From contig CAVSAC010000012.1 in the NCBI GenBank assembly GCA_963725865.1, positions 736,001 through 800,000 on the forward strand: a DNA stretch of 64,000 nt, in the 5' to 3' direction. The translations under genes and the position numbers were made by a program. Shown in pieces: positions 57,926 through 64,000 of this stretch; position 1 is the stretch's first letter, and the number at the start of each line of letters is the position of its first letter. This DNA comes from Candidatus Eiseniibacteriota bacterium. GTDB lineage: Bacteria > Eisenbacteria > RBG-16-71-46. A model generated the notes under the pieces. The model made no database searches. It worked only from the letters and a program-made list of their open reading frames with translations, and was not told where the DNA came from.

Positions 57926-59107
57926 GTGGTCGTCGTGAGCTATTCGGGCAAGGAGATCAACGCCAAGCTGGTGTACTACGGCGCCGGCCTGAGCGGGAAG
58001 ACGACGAACCTCGAATCCATCTACGAGGCGGTCCCCGATACGAGCCGCGGCAAGATGGTGAGCATGAAGACGCAGTCGGATCGCACGCTGTTCTTCGATC
58101 TGCTGCCGCTCGACCTCGGCGAGATCATGGGGTTCAAGACCCGCTTCCTCCTGTACACGGTCCCTGGCCAGGTCTTCTACAACGCCACCCGCAAGCTGGT
58201 GCTCAAGGGCGCCGATGCCATCGTGTTCGTGGCGGACTCCGAAGTCGGCAAGATGGAGGAGAACAAGGAGAGTCTCGCGAACCTCCGCGCGAACCTCGCC
58301 GAGTACAACCTGAGTCTCGATTCGCTGCCGTGGGTCATCCAGTACAACAAGCGCGACCTGCCCAACCTCTACACGGTCGAGGAGCTCAACGCGGAGCTCA
58401 ACCCCGGCGGCAAGGTGCCCTTCTTCGAGGCGGTCGCGACGCAGGGCAAGGGCGTGTTCGAGACCTTCCGCGGCATCTCGCACCTGCTCATGGAGAAGGT
58501 GACGAAGGACCTGCGCCGCTCGACCCCGCAGAACGCCGGGCGCCCCGCGGTGCAGGAGGAGCCCGTCAAGCCGGCCACGCCGGCGCGCCCCGCCGAGTCC
58601 CAGTTCCATCCCGCCGCATTGCCGGGCTCGCAGGGACACGCGAGCCAGCACGAGACGCTCGAGCCGGTGACCGCCGAGGCCGGGACATCGCTCGACTACG
58701 GGCGCGAGATCGAGCTGCCCGACCAGTTCCCGGCCGCCGCCGCGGCTCGCGAGAGCGAGCCGGTCGTCGCGAAGCCTCGGACGCAGCCCGCCGCGGCGCA
58801 CGCCGCGCCCGCGGCCCGCGCGGCCGCACCGCGCACCGCGGTCCCGACGCCGCCTCCGGCGCCGGTGCACGCCAGCCCCGCGGAACCCGTCGCGCGTCCC
58901 GAGCCGGTGGCGCGGGTCGAGATGCCGGCGGCCTCCGTCGCTCCGCGTGCGGCGGCCCCGTCGCCCCGCGCCGAGCCGCCCGCGCCGCGCGCGGCCGAGG
59001 CGGGTGCCACGCAGCGCCCGGTGGTCATTCCGATCCGCCTGCCGCGCGACACCTCGTGCGAGATCGTGCTGCGCATCATGATCGGAGAGGACGAGCGAGC
59101 GGCGTGA
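57926..59107 (+). CDS. mglA: MglA-family small Ras-like GTPase with a ~200-aa Pro/Ala-rich C-terminal extension
   Basis: EINAKLVYYGAGLSGKTTNL, DRTLFFD, YTVPGQVFY, FVADS, QYNKRDLP; SD AAGGAGG. Confidence 0.92.
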   Translation: MVVVSYSGKEINAKLVYYGAGLSGKTTNLESIYEAVPDTSRGKMVSMKTQSDRTLFFDLLPLDLGEIMGFKTRFLLYTVPGQVFYNATRKLVLKGADAIVFVADSEVGKMEENKESLANLRANLAEYNLSLDSLPWVIQYNKRDLPNLYTVEELNAELNPGGKVPFFEAVATQGKGVFETFRGISHLLMEKVTKDLRRSTPQNAGRPAVQEEPVKPATPARPAESQFHPAALPGSQGHASQHETLEPVTAEAGTSLDYGREIELPDQFPAAAAARESEPVVAKPRTQPAAAHAAPAARAAAPRTAVPTPPPAPVHASPAEPVARPEPVARVEMPAASVAPRAAAPSPRAEPPAPRAAEAGATQRPVVIPIRLPRDTSCEIVLRIMIGEDERAA

Positions 59108-59145
59108 GCCTTTGCACCGACCGGACCCGCGCCCCCCGGAACCCA

Positions 59146-59175
59146 TTGACACGGGAGGCGCGGGTTTCCCATTAT
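59146..59175 (+). promoter_or_regulatory. sigma70-type promoter, probably giving a leaderless mRNA
   Basis: TTGACA-N18-CATTAT, then 6 nt to ATG 59182; no SD. Confidence 0.6.
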
Positions 59176-59181
59176 CCCCCC

Positions 59182-59643
59182 ATGCGCCAGACCATCGTGC
59201 TCTCGGTCCTCGCGATCCTGCTGGCCGTCGCGCCCGCAGGCGCCCAGTCTTCGCCGTTCGGCGGCGGTTCCGTGCTGAGCGGCTGGCATCCACCCGTTCC
59301 GACCAGCGCGTTCTCCCGCGCGTCGTCCTGGATCGATCCCCAGCGTCTGCACTTCTCGACCTCGGTCTCGGTCGGCAGCGGCTGGGGTGGGCAGGGCACG
59401 AACGCGCTCCAGGTGACGAGCCTCAGCTACCAGTTCCACGCGCCGGTGGCACTCAGCGTCAGCCTCGGCAACGCGTGGGGCCCGAGTGGCGCGAGTTCGA
59501 ACGGCAACACGATGTTCCTCGAAGGACTCCGCATGGCATGGCAGCCGCGCGCGAACACCTCCTTCACCTTCGAGTACCATCAGCTCCGCTCGCCGCTCCA
59601 GTACGGCGCGTACGGCTACGGCCAGCCGCTCTGGCAGCCGTAG
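59182..59643 (+). CDS. Secreted beta-strand-rich protein (possible small outer-membrane protein)
   Basis: Sec signal MRQTIVLSVLAILLAVAPAGA; alternating strands (LHFSTSVSVG, LSYQF, LSVSLG, LRMAWQP, FTFEYHQ). Confidence 0.75.
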   Translation: MRQTIVLSVLAILLAVAPAGAQSSPFGGGSVLSGWHPPVPTSAFSRASSWIDPQRLHFSTSVSVGSGWGGQGTNALQVTSLSYQFHAPVALSVSLGNAWGPSGASSNGNTMFLEGLRMAWQPRANTSFTFEYHQLRSPLQYGAYGYGQPLWQP

Positions 59644-59665
59644 TCACTCCAGCTCCTCGCTCCCG

Positions 59666-60475
59666 ATGCCGAGCCGCATCGCTCCCGCGTTCCTCGCGCG
59701 GCGTGGCCGGACCGGACTCATCCCGTACCTGACCGCGGGCTATCCCTCGCTCGACGAGACCGTCGCGATGGCGCGCGGCCTCGCAGACGCCGGCGCCCTC
59801 GCGATCGAGATCGGGATCCCGTTCTCGGATCCGATCGCCGACGGTCCGGAGATCCAGCGTTCCTCGGAGTGGGCGCTCGCGAACGGCGTGGGACCCGCCG
59901 AGGCGTTCGGGGTGGTGCGCGAGCTGCGGCGCGACTCCCGGCTGCCCGTGGTGGTGATGACCTACGCGAACCCGGTCGTCCACGCGGGCGCCGAGCGCTT
60001 CGCGAACGAAGCGCGCGACGCGGGGGTCGACGGGGTCATCGTATCGGACCTGCCACCGGACGAGTCGCCGGAGATCTGGACGGCGTTCGACCACGCCCGC
60101 CTCGACACGATCCTGCTGGTCGCCCCCACCACCGCGGAGGAGCGGCTGCCGCTGCTGCTCGAGCGCTGCCGTGGATTCGTCTACTGCCTCGCGCGCACCG
60201 GGGTGACCGGCCGCGCGGCAGGTGGATGGAGCGGCTCGCTGCCCGAGCGCGTGGCAGCTCTGCGGGCGCGCGGGGCACTACCGGTCGCCGTCGGCTTCGG
60301 CATCTCGAACGCCGAGCAGGCGCGCGCGCTGTGCGGGGTGGCGGACGCCGTCATCGTCGGTGCGGCGTTCATGCGCGCGATCGCCGAGGATCCCCGGCAG
60401 GGTGCGGTCGACCGCGTGGTGGGATGGGGGCGCGAGCTGATCGCCGCGCTCGAGGCGCCGGAGCGCTCCGCCTAG
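59666..60475 (+). CDS. trpA: Tryptophan synthase alpha chain
   Basis: YLTAGYP, EIGIPFSDPIADGPEIQ, MTYANP, DLPPDE, LVAPTT, GVTG, VGFGIS. Confidence 0.95.
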   Translation: MPSRIAPAFLARRGRTGLIPYLTAGYPSLDETVAMARGLADAGALAIEIGIPFSDPIADGPEIQRSSEWALANGVGPAEAFGVVRELRRDSRLPVVVMTYANPVVHAGAERFANEARDAGVDGVIVSDLPPDESPEIWTAFDHARLDTILLVAPTTAEERLPLLLERCRGFVYCLARTGVTGRAAGGWSGSLPERVAALRARGALPVAVGFGISNAEQARALCGVADAVIVGAAFMRAIAEDPRQGAVDRVVGWGRELIAALEAPERSA

Positions 60476-60625
60476 GACGCGGATCGGAGTCGGCGCGTCC
60501 CCGGAAATCGCGCGGGCGCGCCGTCGCGGACGCGGCCCACGCGATTGGGCGCGGGCCGTTCCCGCTCCTCGAGGCCCGGCGGTCGCCGGTCCCGAGGCGT
60601 TCGGCCTACTCGAGTCCGGTTCCGC

Positions 60626-60682
60626 CTACCGGCGGATGAACCAGAGCAGATCCAGGAGCACCAGCACGAGGGCGAGCTCCAT
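60626..60682 (-). CDS. 18-aa hydrophobic small protein MELALVLVLLDLLWFIRR (not in ORF track)
   Basis: SD GGAGGT 5 nt before ATG; almost all codons end in G/C; sigma28-type promoter ~95 nt upstream. Confidence 0.6.
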   Translation of the reverse strand: MELALVLVLLDLLWFIRR

Positions 60683-60766
60683 CGTCCACCTCCGTTCGCG
60701 CATCCTGCGCGGCCTCGATGGCTGGCCCGCGGCCGAAGCCGCGGACGCCGAGGCGATCCTTCCGCC

Positions 60767-63238
60767 TCATCCATCGCTATCGGCGAGCGCTTCGGTGGAC
60801 TTGAGAGGAGAATTTGCACTTGCACGGAGGGATGTTCCGGCCGGGTCCGTGAGCTGGCGCAGCACCAGCACCGTGATGTCGTCGAGCGGCGCGTCGGCGA
60901 ACTCCCGGACCGCCTCGAGCAGCGCCTGCACGACGTCCGCGGCGCGGCGATGGGCGTGGGCGTCGAGCACCCGGCGCACGCGCTCGTCGCCGAACATCTC
61001 CTCGCCGCGGCGCGCCTCGCTGAGGCCGTCGGTGTGGATCAGGAGGAGGTCGCCGGCCGCCAGCTGCAGGCCGACCTCCGGATAGTCCGCGCCTTCGCGC
61101 ACGCCGAGCAGGACGCCGCCCGCCGTCACCTGCTCGAAGGCGCCTTCGCGCCGCCGGAGCACCGGCGGCGTGATGCCCGCGTTCGCGATCGACACCCGGC
61201 CTTCGCGCGCCTCGACGCGCGCGACCAGCAGCCCGACGAAGTGCTCGGGCTCACCATGCCGGACCAGTTCGTGGTTGAGTGCCGCGAGCACCTCGGCGGG
61301 CGGCTGTCCGTGCTGCGCGGCGGAGCGGAAGCGCGCCTGCACGTCGGCCATCACGAGCGCGGCGGGGACGCCGTGTCCAGCTGCGTCGCCGACTGCGAGC
61401 GTGAAATCGCGGGAGGGACCCTCGACGAAATCGTAGTAGTCGCCGCCCACCGGCTCGGTCGACAGCGCGGCGGCCGAGCAGTCGAGCGTGGGATACACCG
61501 GCGCGTGGCGTGGCAGCCGGTGGGCCTGGATGGCGCCCGCCTCGCGCAGCGAACGGTCCAGCCGCCCGTGCGTGCTGGCGTCGCGCCGCAGCAGCGCGTT
61601 CTCGAGCGCGAGCTCGATGCGGGCGGCGAAGCGCTGCAGCTCGGCCAGCTCGTCGCGGTCGAGCCACGAGCCTGCGAGCCGGCGTCCGAGCACGAACAGG
61701 GCGCGCGTCGGCGATTCGCCCACCGGCAGGATCCAGCGCGCGCCCGCGTCCTCGAGCGCCGTGCGGTCGGCGGGCTCCAGCGGCGCGTCCTCGAGCGCGG
61801 CCACCCGGCCGGAGGGCAGCTCCTGGGGCAGGCGCTCGAGCAGCACCGCGGGCGGGCGTCCCGAGCTCGCCGCCACCAGCCCCTCCCCGCGGGACGGCAC
61901 CAGCGCGGCGGTGCCGTCGAGGCGCAGGGCCGCGCACAGCGCGTCGCACGCCGAGCTCAGGATCTCGTCGGGATCGTCGTGCCCGAACCCGTGGCGGCCG
62001 GACCATTCGGCCAGCGGCGGCACGCCGCCGCCGGTGACCGAGAGCACGCGCAGCCGCCGCCGCAGCGGGCCGGCCACCAGGAGGGCGGCGGTCACGAGCG
62101 CGAGCGCCGCGCCTGCCATGCTGCCCGAGAGATTGGACCAGCCCGGCGCCGCGAATCGCTGGCCGAGCGCGTAGGCGAGGCCCGAGACCGCGGCGACCAC
62201 GAGCGCCCCGAGCACCGCGCGCAGCGCGATCCGGAAGTCGAAGATGCGATGCACGGCGATCGCCCACGCGAACGATGCGGGCACCAGCAACGTGAGCAGC
62301 GCCGACCAGCGCTCGCCCGGCAGAGCCACTCCCGGGGCGAGGTTGCGCAGCGCCACCAACGCCGCCAGCGGTCCCACGCCGAGCGCGGTGCCGAGCAGCA
62401 CCACGCGCAGTCGCCGCCGCGCGTCCGGCGACCCCGCGCGCAGATACGAGCGGGCGAACAGCGCCAGCGCGCTCACCAGTCCGATCACGAACCACGCCCC
62501 CGCCGACATATGGAGTGCGTCGAGCGCGTCCTGGCCGGCGCTCGGACGCGCGAGCCGGACGCCCTCGAGCGCCACCGCCGCCACGAACAGCAGCGTGGCG
62601 ACGCCGTACCCGGCGCTCACCAGCGTGCCCAGCGCGCCACGCGGACCGCGCGATTCCGGGAACAACGCGAAGAAGTGCACGAACAGCGCGGGCAGGAACA
62701 GCTGGGCCGCCGTCAGCGCGAGCTCGTGCAGCAGCGTCAGGCGACCGGGGATCAGCAGCGGAGGGGGCACGATCACCAGCGCGAAGGACAGGCACAGCAG
62801 CAGGAACACGCGCGTCAGGGTGTCGCGGCGCTCGCTCCACACCCAGCCGCCGAGCAGCACGAAGCCCGCGGCCACCAGCAGCTGACCGACCCGAATGCGA
62901 CGGTCGGCAGCGGTCGAGGGCTCGGGCGCGAGCCACACTCGGCGCTGCACGCCCTCGCGCTCGAGCGTCAGGCTCAGTGGCCGGCCGGGACGCGCCGCGT
63001 CGAGCGGCCCGCGCGTGCGCGAGAGCGGATCGCCGCCGAGCTCCGGCGCGAAGCGGTCGCCGGAGCGAATGCCGGCGCGGGCACCCGGACTGCCGGGGAG
63101 GACGTTCTCGATCACGTCGCCCCGCGGCACCAGACCGGTATAGGCCCTCAGGGGCAGGCTGAGCGCCGAGGCCACCAGCAGGGCGACCGCCGGAACGAGA
63201 AGCCAGGACAGCAGGTGCGACGGCCAACCACGATCCAA
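60767..63238 (-). CDS. Membrane sensor phosphatase: PDZ, multi-TM, GAF-like region, PP2C (SpoIIE/RsbU) domain (alternative GTG start 63244)
   Basis: VLPGSPGARAGIRSGD (PDZ); about 8 TM; GGDYYDF, GDAAGHGVPAAL, TDGLSEA, DDITVLVLR. Confidence 0.88.
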   Translation of the reverse strand: MDRGWPSHLLSWLLVPAVALLVASALSLPLRAYTGLVPRGDVIENVLPGSPGARAGIRSGDRFAPELGGDPLSRTRGPLDAARPGRPLSLTLEREGVQRRVWLAPEPSTAADRRIRVGQLLVAAGFVLLGGWVWSERRDTLTRVFLLLCLSFALVIVPPPLLIPGRLTLLHELALTAAQLFLPALFVHFFALFPESRGPRGALGTLVSAGYGVATLLFVAAVALEGVRLARPSAGQDALDALHMSAGAWFVIGLVSALALFARSYLRAGSPDARRRLRVVLLGTALGVGPLAALVALRNLAPGVALPGERWSALLTLLVPASFAWAIAVHRIFDFRIALRAVLGALVVAAVSGLAYALGQRFAAPGWSNLSGSMAGAALALVTAALLVAGPLRRRLRVLSVTGGGVPPLAEWSGRHGFGHDDPDEILSSACDALCAALRLDGTAALVPSRGEGLVAASSGRPPAVLLERLPQELPSGRVAALEDAPLEPADRTALEDAGARWILPVGESPTRALFVLGRRLAGSWLDRDELAELQRFAARIELALENALLRRDASTHGRLDRSLREAGAIQAHRLPRHAPVYPTLDCSAAALSTEPVGGDYYDFVEGPSRDFTLAVGDAAGHGVPAALVMADVQARFRSAAQHGQPPAEVLAALNHELVRHGEPEHFVGLLVARVEAREGRVSIANAGITPPVLRRREGAFEQVTAGGVLLGVREGADYPEVGLQLAAGDLLLIHTDGLSEARRGEEMFGDERVRRVLDAHAHRRAADVVQALLEAVREFADAPLDDITVLVLRQLTDPAGTSLRASANSPLKSTEALADSDG
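60777..60805 (-). promoter_or_regulatory. sigma28-type promoter inside the 3' end of the PP2C gene, upstream of the small-peptide ORF
   Basis: Minus strand CTCAAG-N15-GCCGATAG. Confidence 0.72.
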
Positions 63239-63342
63239 GCGCACCTCCGGGGATGAGGCCGTTCAAAGGCTCCCAAGCGCACCGCTGGCTGTCAAGGTCC
63301 AGTCCACGCTTGGAGCGACGCCGCGGTTGTGTCTATTCTCGC

Positions 63343-63371
63343 CTCAAGAGGCATGCGACGCATGCCGATAC
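63343..63371 (+). promoter_or_regulatory. sigma28-type promoter of csrA and the flgM-like gene
   Basis: CTCAAG-N15-GCCGATAC. Confidence 0.78.
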
Positions 63372-63427
63372 GCTGACTGTCCAGCCGCCCTCCGGCGGTC
63401 TGGCGAGGAGCGGAGGAACTCAGGAAG

Positions 63428-63667
63428 ATGCTGGTCCTAACAAGGAAGTTAGGAGAGAACATCCGGATCGGGGACACGGTGAAGATCACCGTGCTCGAGG
63501 TCCGCTCCGGTCAGGTGAAGCTCGGCATCGAGGCGCCACCCGAGGTCAAGGTGCACCGCGAGGAGATCTATGCGCGCATCCAGGAAGAGAATCGTCGCGC
63601 GCAGGGACGCAAGAGCGAAAGCCCGCCCGGACCCCACGATCCCAAGGACCCGAACGGCACGAGCTGA
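63428..63667 (+). CDS. csrA: Carbon storage regulator CsrA
   Basis: [48 protein letters not shown]. Confidence 0.96.
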   Translation: MLVLTRKLGENIRIGDTVKITVLEVRSGQVKLGIEAPPEVKVHREEIYARIQEENRRAQGRKSESPPGPHDPKDPNGTS

Positions 63668-63758
63668 TCGTCCAGACGTTGTCGACCGGCGGCCGACCGC
63701 CGGGGGCCCGGCGCGCCCACCGCGGCGGGCTCCCGGAGACGGCCAGCGCCGAGGAACG

Positions 63759-63956
63759 ATGACCCTCACACCTCGCAGCGGTTCCACCCGCAAGCTCACT
63801 CCCGCGCCGACCCCCGCTCCCGCCCGCATCGCCGAGTTCATCCGCTGGCCCCAGGTGGCCAACGCCCGCGCCCGCGTCGCCGCGGGATTCTACGATCGCG
63901 ACGACGTGCGCTCGCGCCTGGTGGACGCTCTGCTCGAGGAGCTGCGCCGCCGCTGA
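63759..63956 (+). CDS. Short FlgM-like (anti-sigma28) protein
   Basis: IRWPQVANARARVAAGFYDRDDVRSRLVDALL resembles the FlgM C-terminal sigma-binding helices; SD GAGGA. Confidence 0.6.
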   Translation: MTLTPRSGSTRKLTPAPTPAPARIAEFIRWPQVANARARVAAGFYDRDDVRSRLVDALLEELRRR

Positions 63957-64000
63957 TCGCCCGCGCGCCCGCGCAGCGCCGGGCGGCACTCGCCGTCGGC

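Noticed and set aside
58540..59020. Repetitive-looking GC-rich stretch in mglA
   Set aside because: Pro/Ala low-complexity coding linker; no discrete tandem repeat or CRISPR-like array.
60472..60825. 117-aa minus-strand ORF between trpA and the PP2C gene
   Set aside because: Poor codon bias and no SD; the region is better explained by the structured leader plus the 18-aa ORF in another frame.
1..64000. tRNA, rRNA, CRISPR, IS, prophage or defence genes
   Set aside because: None recognisable by eye; composition looks uniform and intergenic spaces are short.

Overview
Very GC-rich bacterial chromosomal segment. The gene set (diderm dcw cluster, T9SS-CTD/FlgD-Ig protein, DUF2723, MglA, CsrA) suggests an FCB-related lineage such as Ca. 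Eisenbacteria; this is inference only. No rRNA, tRNA, CRISPR array or mobile element was seen. Layout: (1) ribBA-ribH-nusB-metallophosphoesterase runs into a ~29 kb tightly coupled envelope glycosylation locus (2485-31539) with many GT2/GT4 enzymes, four GT-C-type membrane glycosyltransferases (one TMEM260/DUF2723-like, one YfhO), two polyprenol-phosphate sugar synthases, HddA/HddC-like enzymes, Wzx, an AsnB-type amidotransferase, a FemAB-like GNAT and a PorZ-like beta-propeller. (2) A dcw cluster mraZ..ftsZ with a MraZ operator, a Ser-less STAS gene between mraZ and rsmH, and a CTG-start TPR gene after ftsZ. (3) rpmB, recG, a Zn-ribbon protein with a RomX-like tail, and a PatA-like/PimA-like/MFS operon. 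(4) A regulatory region with three identically spaced sigma28-type promoters (CTCAAG-N15-GCCGATA). They lie upstream of an orphan MglA GTPase, an unannotated 18-aa hydrophobic peptide whose leader has CsrA-type GGA hairpins, and a csrA-flgM-like pair, around a PDZ-membrane-PP2C phosphatase. Region 4 is the best candidate for an undescribed system. Two apparent single-base frameshifts (~16208, ~24255) are also present.
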